DNA from: a bacterium
GTDB lineage: Bacteria > Chloroflexota > Dormibacteria > Aeolococcales > Aeolococcaceae
Assembly: GCA_014874355.1 (NCBI GenBank)
Contig: JACWAJ010000065.1
Span: 1 to 60,755, forward strand
Direction: 5' to 3'
DNA: 60,755 nucleotides
A program made the position numbers and the translations under genes. Positions within the stretch are counted from its first letter, which is position 1. Every line of letters starts with the position of its first letter. Below, piece after piece: positions 37,673-47,441 of the stretch. The notes beneath the pieces are model-generated. The model was not told the DNA's origin, did no database searches, and worked only from the letters and a program-made list of their open reading frames with translations.

Positions 37673-38048
37673 AGCGCGGGATTACTCCGGGGGGAACACC
37701 GACCGACCCGAGTCGGCTGCATGCTGTTGCGGATCGTATGCCGGCAGCGGGGTATAGCCTCTGCTCTCCAGCGCGTGTGCTTGGCGCTCTGTGGGCCGCT
37801 TGTTCGTCTGGATGTCACGGAAGTGAACCATCCAGATCGTGAGGGCAGCTTCAACCTCCGGGCTGTAGCCTTGGCTTCTCCCATGCATGTCTGCAGACTA
37901 GGGTGTGGGAGCGGACACAGCACGGACAATCTCAGCTTGGCAGCAGTCTTGTGATGGGGCTGTCACGACTTGTCATTTCGTTCTTTACAGGTCGGGAGCC
38001 TGGTGCTACGGTGTGCAGGCGCGAGCGGCCCGACAGGGGCTGCGGCAG

Positions 38049-38092
38049 CAGGGTCTCGTCAGTAAGGTGCAGAGGCGAGGCCCTGTTTTTTT
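38049..38092 (+). terminator. Intrinsic terminator with no adjacent upstream CDS
   Basis: CAGGGTCTCGTC/GGCGAGGCCCTG 12-bp stem followed by T7. Confidence 0.75.
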
Positions 38093-38144
38093 GGGTTACG
38101 CTGCGGCTCAGCCCCCATATCTGGTGGTCTGGCCATGCCTACAG

Positions 38145-38174
38145 TTGACCACCCCCTTGATGTTGTGGCATTCT
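38145..38174 (+). promoter_or_regulatory. Candidate ftsAZ promoter
   Basis: TTGACC-N18-CATTCT with extended -10 TG. Confidence 0.45.
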
Positions 38175-38259
38175 ACAACGTCATACCCATGATATTGGGT
38201 GTCCCTGTCAGACTTGCCCTTTCTTGAGGGTCTGTCTCCGTCTATACTCGGAGATCGAT

Positions 38260-39501
38260 GTGACCCGTCCCCGCCGCGTCTTTGCTCTCGATTTAGGAAC
38301 GACCAAGGTTTGTTGTGCCGTCGCCGAAGCTGACGGCACGGGTCTGCGCGTTCTGGGAGTTGGTGCGGCGCCTTCGCGCGGGGTTCGCAAGGGGGCGATC
38401 ATCGATATCGATCGTGCTACCGAAGCGGTCGCCGAGGCCGTGGAAGCGGCCGAAAGGATGTCGGGAATCGCCATCGACTCCGTGGTGGTAGGGCTGGCCG
38501 GCGGTCACATAACGTCACAGAACAGCCGCGGCGTCGTCGCCGTCACCGCCGGCCATCGCGAGGTGCGCGGCCAGGATGTGAATCGTGCCATCGATGCCGC
38601 CAGGGCCGTCAGTGTGCCGTCGGACCGCAAGATCCTTCACGTCCTCCCTCAGCAGTTCACCATCGACGGCCAGGAGGGGGTTCGTGATGCTGTCGGCATG
38701 ACCGGCAGCCGGTTGGAGGTCGACGCCCACATCATCACCGGCGCCAACACCGCCATTGCCAACATCGTCAAGGTCGTCCACGAGGCAGGGCTCGATGTGG
38801 ACGATCTCGTGCTCCAGGTTCTTGCCTCGGCGGAGGCGGTGGTCTCGGAGGACGAGTTGGAGCGGGGTGTGGTTGTGGCCGATGTTGGCGGTGGCACAAC
38901 CGATGTGGCCGTATTTAGAGGTGGTGCCATTCTGCATACCGCAGTGGTGCCTGTCGGCGGCAGCAACGTGACGGCCGACCTTGCGGTTGGGCTGCGCTGT
39001 GACCTCGACACGGCCGAAGCCATCAAACGCCAGTTCGGCCATTGCCTGCAGTTGACGCTTCCCTCCGATGCTCAGGTGACGCTGAAGCCGATGGGCTATG
39101 AAGAGCCGATCGACGTGCCTCAGCGTTATCTCGCCGAGGTTATCGGCCCGCGTGGGCGGGAGATGGCCGGGCTTATCAGCGCCGAGATCGACAAGGCCGG
39201 TCCCGCCGGCCTATTTCCCGGTGGCATAGTGCTTACCGGCGGGGGTGCGCTGCTTCGCGGTTTTGCCGAGGTGATCCAGCAGGTTACCGACCTGCCCACC
39301 CGCGTAGCCGCACCTGAGAGTGTCTCGGGGATGAACGACGAGATTAGCGGTCCGCATCATGCGACCGTGGTGGGTCTGCTCCATTGGGGGGCTCGTATCA
39401 ACCTGAAGGGCCGTGGCATTCGCAATGGCAGCCACGGAGAAAACAGCAATGGCCACAACAATAGTGGCCGCTTAGGGCGGTGGTTGCGTGAACTTTTCTG
39501 A
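38260..39501 (+). CDS. ftsA: Cell division protein FtsA
   Basis: [42 protein letters not shown]. Confidence 0.96.
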   Translation: MTRPRRVFALDLGTTKVCCAVAEADGTGLRVLGVGAAPSRGVRKGAIIDIDRATEAVAEAVEAAERMSGIAIDSVVVGLAGGHITSQNSRGVVAVTAGHREVRGQDVNRAIDAARAVSVPSDRKILHVLPQQFTIDGQEGVRDAVGMTGSRLEVDAHIITGANTAIANIVKVVHEAGLDVDDLVLQVLASAEAVVSEDELERGVVVADVGGGTTDVAVFRGGAILHTAVVPVGGSNVTADLAVGLRCDLDTAEAIKRQFGHCLQLTLPSDAQVTLKPMGYEEPIDVPQRYLAEVIGPRGREMAGLISAEIDKAGPAGLFPGGIVLTGGGALLRGFAEVIQQVTDLPTRVAAPESVSGMNDEISGPHHATVVGLLHWGARINLKGRGIRNGSHGENSNGHNNSGRLGRWLRELF

Positions 39502-39628
39502 TCAGAATAGGATGGCGGATTCCGGCGCCAAGTCCGGAACGTCGAGCACAACGGCGGGTGTCCGCCGGTTTATGAGCAGCGATCCAGCACGGGGCGGCAC
39601 TTCCCGTTCCAACATCAACCAGGAGAAT

Positions 39629-40738
39629 ATGATGACCGGACTCGATAGGACGTTGGAAGGCAACGCGCGGATCAAAGTCGTCGGCGTCGGTGGTGGCGGC
39701 AGCAATGCCGTAAACCGGATGATCGCGAGCCGCCTCAAGGGCGTCGAGTTCGTCGCCGTCAACACTGACCATCAGGCGTTGCAGGGGTCGGGTGCCCACA
39801 AGAAGATCCGTATCGGCACGAAGCTGACGCGTGGCCTTGGGGCCGGCGGCGACCCGACCAAGGGTTCCGCGGCGGTCGAGGAGTCGCGTGAGGAACTCTC
39901 CAAGCTGCTTGCCGACTGCGACATGGTCTTTGTCACCGCTGGCATGGGTGGCGGTACGGGCACCGGTGCGGCACCGCTGATCGCCGAGATTGCTCGCGAC
40001 CAGGGCGCGCTCACCATCGGTGTGGTAACCAAACCGTTCCGCTTCGAGGGTTTGCGCCGGCAGAAGAACGCAGAGGAGGGGATTGCCAATCTCCAGACTC
40101 GCGTTGACACGCTTATCACGATTCCCAACGAGCGCCTCATGCAGGTCGTCGAGAAGAAGACGCCCATGATCGAGGCGTTCAAGATTGCCGACGACGTTTT
40201 GCGTCAGGGCGTTCAGGGCATCAGCGATCTCATCGTCCAGCCCGGCCTCATCAACCTCGACTTTGCCGACGTCAAGACGATCATGTCGGGACAGGGCGCG
40301 GCCCTCATGGGTATCGGCTTTGGCGATGGCGACACCCGGGCTGCGGATGCCGCCCGCGACGCGGTTGCCAGTCCGCTGTTGGAAACCACCATCGCCGGCG
40401 CCAAGGGGATTCTCCTCAACATCACGGGTGGCCCTGATCTGACCCTCTACGAAGTCAACGAGGCGGCGCAACTGGTTAGCGAGTCGGCAGATCCCGACTC
40501 CCACATCATCTTCGGTACCGTCATCGACGATTCCATGAAGGGTGAGGTCAAGATCACCGTCATCGCCACGGGGTTCACCGGCAACATCGATGTACTGGGT
40601 ACGCTCGCATACGAGCCGGCGGCCCGGCCGGTAAGCGAGCGCAATATCTTTGTGGGCACAGGCAATAAGTCGACGGGCTCGCAAAGCTACAACGCCGACG
40701 ACCTCGACATCCCCGCGTTTCTGCGCGATCGTCGATAG
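39629..40738 (+). CDS. ftsZ: Cell division protein FtsZ
   Basis: [38 protein letters not shown]-terminal LDIPAFLR; AGGAG RBS. Confidence 0.99.
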   Translation: MMTGLDRTLEGNARIKVVGVGGGGSNAVNRMIASRLKGVEFVAVNTDHQALQGSGAHKKIRIGTKLTRGLGAGGDPTKGSAAVEESREELSKLLADCDMVFVTAGMGGGTGTGAAPLIAEIARDQGALTIGVVTKPFRFEGLRRQKNAEEGIANLQTRVDTLITIPNERLMQVVEKKTPMIEAFKIADDVLRQGVQGISDLIVQPGLINLDFADVKTIMSGQGAALMGIGFGDGDTRAADAARDAVASPLLETTIAGAKGILLNITGGPDLTLYEVNEAAQLVSESADPDSHIIFGTVIDDSMKGEVKITVIATGFTGNIDVLGTLAYEPAARPVSERNIFVGTGNKSTGSQSYNADDLDIPAFLRDRR

Positions 40739-40760
40739 CCGCCCCGGGTCTGTAAAAGTG

Positions 40761-40793
40761 GTGCCTGAGAGCGGCTAGTCCGCTCTCAGGCAC
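40761..40793. terminator. Strong hairpin after ftsZ
   Basis: Perfect 14-bp stem GTGCCTGAGAGCGG/CCGCTCTCAGGCAC; weak U tract. Confidence 0.6.
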
Positions 40794-40809
40794 TCTTGCC
40801 CAATACGCC

Positions 40810-41361
40810 ATGAAATGTCCGTTCTGCGCTCATCACGACTCGAAGGTCGTGGACTCTCGCGACTCCGAGACTCGTGAAACGATACGGCGGCGGCGTGAGT
40901 GCCTAAATTGCCATAAGCGTTTCACCACTTACGAACGTGTGGAAGCGGTGGCCCTGTACGTCGTGAAGAAAGATGGGCGCCGTGAGGAATTCAACCACAG
41001 CAAACTGCTTTCCGGCCTGGTGCTGGCCTCGAAAAAGCGCGACATCGCACCGTCACGGCTCGAGGCGCTGGTCGAGGTCATCGAGAACGATCTGCGCTCG
41101 CGCAATGTCACCGAGGTTCCCGCTCGCGAAATTGGGCAGATTGCGATGGGCCTGCTGCGTGAGATCGACGAGATTGCCTATGTTCGCTTTGCTTCGGTAT
41201 ACCGTTCGTTCAAGGACGTTGAACAAATGCGCGCCAGCCTCGAGGAGATGCTCAACCGTCCCCCGGGAACGCGAGCCGAACCGGCGAGGCGCAAGCGCCG
41301 TCAGGGCAGGGTGGATCCGCGCGAGTTGGCCTTGGACCTGGCAGACCCCGACGGCAAGTGA
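40810..41361 (+). CDS. nrdR: Transcriptional repressor NrdR
   Basis: MKCPFC, VVDSR, RRRREC..C..RFTTYE, ATP cone, AYVRFASVYR.F. Confidence 0.97.
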   Translation: MKCPFCAHHDSKVVDSRDSETRETIRRRRECLNCHKRFTTYERVEAVALYVVKKDGRREEFNHSKLLSGLVLASKKRDIAPSRLEALVEVIENDLRSRNVTEVPAREIGQIAMGLLREIDEIAYVRFASVYRSFKDVEQMRASLEEMLNRPPGTRAEPARRKRRQGRVDPRELALDLADPDGK

Positions 41362-41873
41362 GCGTGACGACCGAGGTTGCCGCCTCAGTCGAGCGTGTCC
41401 GTAACCGAATCGCCGCCGCCTGCGCGCGCGGACCGCGACCCAGCATCCGTGCGAATCGTTGCGGTCACCAAGGGATTTGGGGTCGATGCCGTCGAGGCGG
41501 TACTTGCAGCCGGCACCGAGGATCTCGACGCGAGCTTGCATCTGACCCGATTGAGGTTCTTATCCAGGTTGACTACACCGGTGCGCCTGGTCGAAGCGGG
41601 GTGGGTGAGCTTGCGGCCTTCCCGCTGGCGCATGCCGTCGCTGCGATGGACGGCGTCCAACTCATGAGGCTGATGACGATAGCACCGAAAGGTGACCTTG
41701 CCGTGGCTCGTAGCTGTTTTCGCAGCCTTCGTCAGCTACGCAACGCCATCGAACATCGCATCGAGCGCTCGCTTCCTGAACTCAGCATGGGCATGAGTGA
41801 CGATTTCGAGGTTGCAGTGGAGGAGGGTGCGACAATGGTGCGGCTGGGGAGGGTGTTGTTCGGCGAGCGGTGA
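41358..41873 (+). pseudogene. yggS: Disrupted PLP homeostasis protein YggS/YlmE
   Basis: N-terminal RIAAACAR and C-terminal LMTI..LSMGMSDDF..AVEEGATMVRLGR..FG share a frame, but IVAVTK is in another frame and the central GEN.VQE/WHFIG.LQ segment is missing. Confidence 0.8.
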
Positions 41874-41961
41874 GGGGACTTGGGCCTATCCGCAGAGGTG
41901 TGGGCTGTGATCGCAGCATTGCGTCCTGATGGCTGGGACGACCGCTATCCTGTCAGATCCC

Positions 41962-44865
41962 ATGTCACGCTTTTCTCCCGTCTCCAGCCGCGCCAAGTTC
42001 GCTGACGGCGAACTCCAGATCCTCGAGTTCTGGCGTGCCAACGAGGTCTTCCGGCGGGGGATGGAGCAGCGCTCGGATGCCGAGCCATTTGTCTTCTACG
42101 AGGGTCCGCCTACGGCCAACGGCGTTCCGGGCATCCATCATGTTCTGGCTCGCTCGTTCAAGGATCTCTTTCTTCGCTACAAGCAGATGTGTGGGTTCTA
42201 CGTGGAGCGCAAGGCGGGTTGGGATACCCACGGACTTCCCGTCGAGTTGGAGGTCGAGAAGCGCCTCAAGATCTCCGGCAAGCGCCAGATCGAGGATCTG
42301 GGTGTGGCCAAGTTCAACGAGCTTTGCAAGGCATCGGTCGGCAAGTACGTCGACGAGTGGGAGCGGGTCACTGAGCGGATGGGCTTTTGGCTCGACATGG
42401 AGCACCCGTACCGCACCTACGACGGCACGTACATCGAATCGGTGTGGTGGTCCCTCAAGCAACTCTGGGACAAGGGACTTCTGTACCGGGAGTATCGGGT
42501 CACGCCCTACTGCCCACGGTGTCAGACCACCCTGTCGTCACACGAGTTGTCGCTGGGCTACCGCGACGACACCAAAGACCCTTCCATCTACGTTAAGTTC
42601 CTGGTCGACGACGATCCCGACGGTCGGACCTATCTGCTGGCGTGGACCACCACACCGTGGACTTTGCCTGGGAACGTTGCCCTGGCGGTGCATCCAGACG
42701 AGACTTACGTAGAGGTCGAACAGGCTGGCGAACGCCTGATCTTGGCCAAAGCCCGGCTTTCAGTTCTCGAAGGCGACTACGTGGTGAGCCGGGAGTTTCC
42801 CGGTTCCACGTTGGTCGGTCGTTCCTATAAGCCGCTCTTCGCCGACATGCCCCCAGAGGGCCGGGCTTTTGTCGTCCTATCCGCGCCCGAGCTCGTGAAC
42901 ATGGAAGATGGCACCGGCATTGTTCACACCGCCGCCGCCTATGGCGAGGCCGACTTGGAACTCTGCCGGCGGGAAGGCGTGGCGGTGCGCCATGTGGTCG
43001 GCCTCGACGGACACTTTCTCGACGCGCAAACGCGTTACCACGGCATCTTCGTCAAGGACGCCGACCCGCAGATCATCTTGGATTTGGCCGAGGCGGGCAA
43101 CCTCTACAAGTCCGGCACCATCACGCACACCTATCCCTTCTGCTGGCGTTGCGATACGCCGCTGCTGTATTACGCGCTCGACTCGTGGTTCATCCGTACC
43201 AGCGCGGTCAAAGACCGGCTCATTCACCACAACCGTGGCGTCAACTGGCAGCCGGCGCATATTCGCGACGGTCGCATGGGCGATTGGCTGGATAACCTCG
43301 TCGACTGGAATCTGTCGCGAAGCCGCTACTGGGGGACGCCGGTGCCGATCTGGACTTGCGAAAGCTGCGGCGACAGCGTGTGCATCGGCAGTGCGGCCGA
43401 GGTCGGTTTAACCGTGCATGACGACCTCCACAAGCCCAATATCGATGCGATAACGCTCAAATGCGACAAGTGTCGGGGTGCTATGCGTCGGGTGCCAGAT
43501 GTCATCGATTGCTGGTACGACAGTGGCGCCATGCCCTTTGCTCAGTTGCACTATCCGTTCGAGAATGAGGCGGCATTCGAACGCAACACTCCCGCAGATT
43601 TCATCTGCGAGGCGATGGACCAGACACGCGGCTGGTTCTTTTCGCTGCTCGCCATCAATACGCTGCTCTTTGACAAGCCGGCCTACAAGAACGTGGTATG
43701 TCTCGGTCTTGTTCTAGACAAGCATGGCAAGAAGATGTCAAAGCGGACGGGCAACATCGTCATTCCCGATGAGGTGTTCAACGAATTCGGTGCCGACGCC
43801 ACGCGCTGGCACTTCTACAGCTCCGTATCCGCCGGGGGGGAGTACCGTGCGGGACGCGAGTTGGTTCAGGATGTCGTGCGCCGGTTCATGCTCACGCTCT
43901 GGAACACATACTCTTTCTTCGTCACCTACGCGGAGTTGGACGGTTTTGATCCCGCTGCGCCGGCCCCCGCCATTGCCGCCCGACCTGCGCTGGACCGCTG
44001 GTGTATGGCACGTCTGGCCGCGACGGTTGTGGCGGTGCGAGATGCGCTGGAGCGCTATGACGCCACCGACGCCACTCGGGCGATCGAAGGGTTCGTCGAA
44101 GACCTGTCCAAATGGTATGTGCGGCGTGGTCGCCGCCGGTTCTGGAAGGCCACCGGCCTAGATGACAGTGACAAGCAGGCGGCCTATGCCACTCTCTTTG
44201 ACGCGTTGCTGACCCTGTCGAAGTTGCTGGCGCCGTTCATGCCGTTCCTGGCTGAGCGGATGTACCGCAACCTGGTGGGCTTCGAAGGGGGCGAGCTTCC
44301 GCTGCCGGGCGCCGCCGATTCCGTCCACCTTTGCGACTTCCCCTCGGCGGAAGAGGCTTCCCTCGACGCCGAGATCATTGCCGAGATGGCGCGGTTGCGC
44401 CGTCTGGTCGAAGACGGGCTCGCGGGTCGCGAGACCGCCAAGATCAATGTGCGCCAGCCGTTGGCCTCAGCCACGATTGCCGGTGCCCATTTCGATCCCG
44501 AGCTTGAAGAAATCTTCTGTGACGAACTCAACGTCAAGACCGTTGGCTATACAGCGCGGGTGGGCCAGTTCGAGAGCGTAAGTCTCGATACGTTCATCAC
44601 CGATGAACTACGTCTGGAAGGCGTGGTTCGCGAGTTGAGCCGCAAGGTCAACGACCTGCGCAAGCGTGCCGAGTTGGCACTCGATGACCGCATAGTCCTG
44701 CAGATCGATGCCGACGGCGACATCCGCCGTGCGGTCGACTTTCACGGTGACCACCTCAAATGTGAGATCCTCGCCACCGCCATCCTATGGGGGCGTGGCG
44801 ATACGGTTGCCGAGTGGGAGGGAGAGTTGTGCGGTGTACGGTGCTGGCTGGGGGTGGCTCGCTGA
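41962..44865 (+). CDS. ileS: Isoleucine--tRNA ligase, type 2
   Basis: EGPPTANGVPGIHH, GWDTHGLPVE, WTTTPWTLP.N, DWNLSR.RYWGTP, DQTRGWF, KMSK; IleRS2-type C-terminus. Confidence 0.97.
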   Translation: MSRFSPVSSRAKFADGELQILEFWRANEVFRRGMEQRSDAEPFVFYEGPPTANGVPGIHHVLARSFKDLFLRYKQMCGFYVERKAGWDTHGLPVELEVEKRLKISGKRQIEDLGVAKFNELCKASVGKYVDEWERVTERMGFWLDMEHPYRTYDGTYIESVWWSLKQLWDKGLLYREYRVTPYCPRCQTTLSSHELSLGYRDDTKDPSIYVKFLVDDDPDGRTYLLAWTTTPWTLPGNVALAVHPDETYVEVEQAGERLILAKARLSVLEGDYVVSREFPGSTLVGRSYKPLFADMPPEGRAFVVLSAPELVNMEDGTGIVHTAAAYGEADLELCRREGVAVRHVVGLDGHFLDAQTRYHGIFVKDADPQIILDLAEAGNLYKSGTITHTYPFCWRCDTPLLYYALDSWFIRTSAVKDRLIHHNRGVNWQPAHIRDGRMGDWLDNLVDWNLSRSRYWGTPVPIWTCESCGDSVCIGSAAEVGLTVHDDLHKPNIDAITLKCDKCRGAMRRVPDVIDCWYDSGAMPFAQLHYPFENEAAFERNTPADFICEAMDQTRGWFFSLLAINTLLFDKPAYKNVVCLGLVLDKHGKKMSKRTGNIVIPDEVFNEFGADATRWHFYSSVSAGGEYRAGRELVQDVVRRFMLTLWNTYSFFVTYAELDGFDPAAPAPAIAARPALDRWCMARLAATVVAVRDALERYDATDATRAIEGFVEDLSKWYVRRGRRRFWKATGLDDSDKQAAYATLFDALLTLSKLLAPFMPFLAERMYRNLVGFEGGELPLPGAADSVHLCDFPSAEEASLDAEIIAEMARLRRLVEDGLAGRETAKINVRQPLASATIAGAHFDPELEEIFCDELNVKTVGYTARVGQFESVSLDTFITDELRLEGVVRELSRKVNDLRKRAELALDDRIVLQIDADGDIRRAVDFHGDHLKCEILATAILWGRGDTVAEWEGELCGVRCWLGVAR

Positions 44866-44873
44866 GCGCGCCT

Positions 44874-45353
44874 GTGGCGGTGTCCGGCACGTTTAGGCTC
44901 CGATCGTTTGCGGTCATGATCCTGAGTGCTGTCGTGGTTGTCGTCGCCGACCATTTGACCAAGTGGTGGGTGGCGACCAGCCTGCCGCTTGATGGAGAGT
45001 GGCCGATGGGGGCGCCGTTTGTCATCCGTCACGTCGAGAACCGTGGTGCCGCTTTCAGTCTGCTGCCCCAAGCGCAGTGGCTCTTTCTCGCCGTTGCCGC
45101 CGTGGTTTGCGTCTACATTCTGTTTGCGGGGCACCGGTTTGGCAGCAGCCTCTATCGTCAAACGGTGCTGGGTGTCATTCTCGGAGGAGCGGCATCCAAT
45201 GCCATCGATCGTCTCAGTCAGGAGTATGTGGTGGATTTCATCGACATGCGGCATTGGCCGGTATTCAATATCGCCGACATTGCCATCTGCTGCGGCATCG
45301 CACTGGCGGTTTTCACCTTTCGTCCTGCTGGCGATGCCAGAAATCAAGGATGA
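44874..45353 (+). CDS. lspA: Lipoprotein signal peptidase (start uncertain)
   Basis: D..TK, NRGAAFS, GGA.SN.IDR, VVDFI, FNIAD. Confidence 0.93.
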   Translation: MAVSGTFRLRSFAVMILSAVVVVVADHLTKWWVATSLPLDGEWPMGAPFVIRHVENRGAAFSLLPQAQWLFLAVAAVVCVYILFAGHRFGSSLYRQTVLGVILGGAASNAIDRLSQEYVVDFIDMRHWPVFNIADIAICCGIALAVFTFRPAGDARNQG

Positions 45354-46276
45354 GCCAAGTGAACCTGGTGACCACTCCATCGCGTCTTGACCTCTGGCTC
45401 GCTTCGAGCCGGAGCATTACCCGGCATGCCGCCCAAGTTCTCATCGAGTCGGGAAGGGTGAGTGTCAATGGCCGGTCCGGTCGGGCAGGACACCGTATGC
45501 GGGATGCCGACGTTGTCGAAGTGGACGGGGCTCCAGACGCGCTTGAGGCCACCCCGGACCCTGGTGGTGTCGGGCCACTCGTCCACCTCAGCGTTGTTTT
45601 CGAGGACGACTGGCTCGCCGTCATCGACAAGCCGGCTGGACTGGTGGTCCATCCTGCCCCAGGCCATGCCGACGGTACGCTGGCGGATGGTCTGCGCCAG
45701 CGCGGGACGACGTGGTCGCTGCTCGGCGGTGCCGAACGGCCCGGAATCGTCCACCGTCTCGACCGCGACACCTCGGGGCTACTTGTCGTCGCCAAAACCG
45801 AGGCGGCGCATCGAGCGCTTGCGGCCCAGCTCGCCGACCGCTCGTTGGGACGCCGCTACTGGGCCATGGTCCATGGCCGGGTTGCAGAGGACACAGCTAG
45901 GATTGAAGCCCCGATTGGGCGCGATCCGCGCGAGCGCAAGCGGATGGCGGTTGTCGACAACGGTCGCGATGCCGTCACCGAATTTGTGGTTCTCGAACGC
46001 TTCGCCGCTCATACCACGCTGGACGTGGGGCTGTGGACCGGACGTACCCACCAGATCCGCGTTCATCTGGCGCATATCGGCAAGCCGGTGGTTGGCGATC
46101 CCCTCTATGGCCGTCGAGGCGATCGCCTGATCGAGCCGGCGGCGCCTCGACTGGCACTTCACGCCAACCGATTGCGTTTTTTGCACCCCGTTGACGGCAA
46201 ACCCCGACAGTTCGAATCCTCGCTGCCACAAGAGCTGGTGGATCTGCTGCGTCGCGTTCGGGAGGCGAAGCTGTGA
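45350..46276 (+). CDS. rluD: RluA/RluD family pseudouridine synthase
   Basis: S4 domain RLD, DKPAGLVVHP, HRLDRDTSG, TGRTHQIRVH, GD.LYG, LHA. Confidence 0.93.
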   Translation: MSQVNLVTTPSRLDLWLASSRSITRHAAQVLIESGRVSVNGRSGRAGHRMRDADVVEVDGAPDALEATPDPGGVGPLVHLSVVFEDDWLAVIDKPAGLVVHPAPGHADGTLADGLRQRGTTWSLLGGAERPGIVHRLDRDTSGLLVVAKTEAAHRALAAQLADRSLGRRYWAMVHGRVAEDTARIEAPIGRDPRERKRMAVVDNGRDAVTEFVVLERFAAHTTLDVGLWTGRTHQIRVHLAHIGKPVVGDPLYGRRGDRLIEPAAPRLALHANRLRFLHPVDGKPRQFESSLPQELVDLLRRVREAKL

Positions 46277-46863
46277 GTGCGGCATCCGGGCGGCTCATCG
46301 TCCTCTCCGGTCCCAGCGGCGTTGGCAAAGACACCGTCCTGCGCGAACTCTTCCGGCTCGACCCCACGTTGCGATACTCGGTGTCATATACGACTCGAGC
46401 GCCACGGCCGGGTGAGGTCGATGGCGAGTCGTACTCTTTCGTCGACGAGCCCACCTTCCGTGCCATGGTGGCGCGAGATGAGTTCCTGGAATGGGCGGAG
46501 GTTCACGGTCATCTCTATGGCACGTCGAAACGGCGCCTCGAGGCGGGACTGGCGCGTTCCGAGGAGATCGTTCTCAAGTTAGACGTTCAAGGTGCGGCCA
46601 GGGTGCGGCGCCGTGTCGCTCGCGAAGCGATCTTCATCTTCCTACTGCCGCCGAGTAATGCCGAGTTGCGCCGCCGGCTTACGGAACGGGCGACGGAGGA
46701 TGCGGCTGCGAGGCAGCTTCGTGTCGACAATGCGGTGGCCGAGCTGGCCGAGGCGGAGAAGTACGATCATTGCATCGTGAACGAGTCGGTTGAGAAGACC
46801 AGCCGGTGCATCCTCGATATCATCAAGGCGAGCCGGTTCGATTTCGTGACGGAGAGGTCTTAG
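46273..46863 (+). CDS. gmk: Guanylate kinase
   Basis: SGPSGVGK, SVSYTTR.PRPGE.DG..Y.F, FLEWA.VHG..YGT. Confidence 0.97.
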   Translation: MSAASGRLIVLSGPSGVGKDTVLRELFRLDPTLRYSVSYTTRAPRPGEVDGESYSFVDEPTFRAMVARDEFLEWAEVHGHLYGTSKRRLEAGLARSEEIVLKLDVQGAARVRRRVAREAIFIFLLPPSNAELRRRLTERATEDAAARQLRVDNAVAELAEAEKYDHCIVNESVEKTSRCILDIIKASRFDFVTERS

Positions 46864-46871
46864 GGCCCTTA

Positions 46872-47441
46872 ATGTCTGACGCCTTGAACGGTCGACACGT
46901 TCTTGTGGGTGTGGGCGGTTCGATCGCCGCCTTCAAGAGTTGCCTCGTTGTGACCGAGTTGCGCAATCGTGGTGCGGAGGTGCGCGTTGCCATGACCGGC
47001 GGCGCCCAGCGCTTCGTCACGCCACTTACATTGCAGAGTCTCAGCGGCCATCCGGTGGTGGCCTCGTTGTGGGCCGGCGAACCCGTCGGTGCATCCCCTG
47101 AGCACGGCATGATCCACCTGTCGCTGGCAGAGTGGACTGAGATACAGGTTGTGGTGGCGGCGCCGGCCAACCTCATTGCGAGGCTTGCCTTGGGGTTTGC
47201 CGATGACGCCGTAACCGCCACGGCGCTGGCGTGCTCGGCGCCGCTGATAGTCGCTCCGGCGATGGAGACGGCGATGTGGCGGCATCCAGCGGTCGAGGCG
47301 AACGTCGCAATGCTGCAGAGTCGGGGCACTCGTTTCGTGGGCCCGATTGGCGGACGCCTGGCGTCCGGCATTGAGGGCGAGGGCCGCATGGCAGAGGCTG
47401 AGGCGATCGTCGCCACCATCGAGTCGACCCTTGCCAGCTGA
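46872..47441 (+). CDS. coaC: Phosphopantothenoylcysteine decarboxylase (CoaC half)
   Basis: GVGGSIAAFK, H..LA, APAM...MW.H, GRLASG..G.GRM. Confidence 0.88.
   Translation: MSDALNGRHVLVGVGGSIAAFKSCLVVTELRNRGAEVRVAMTGGAQRFVTPLTLQSLSGHPVVASLWAGEPVGASPEHGMIHLSLAEWTEIQVVVAAPANLIARLALGFADDAVTATALACSAPLIVAPAMETAMWRHPAVEANVAMLQSRGTRFVGPIGGRLASGIEGEGRMAEAEAIVATIESTLAS

Noticed and set aside
41874-41961. T-box leader before ileS
   Set aside because: Only about 90 nt available and no GGTGG.ACC T-box motif
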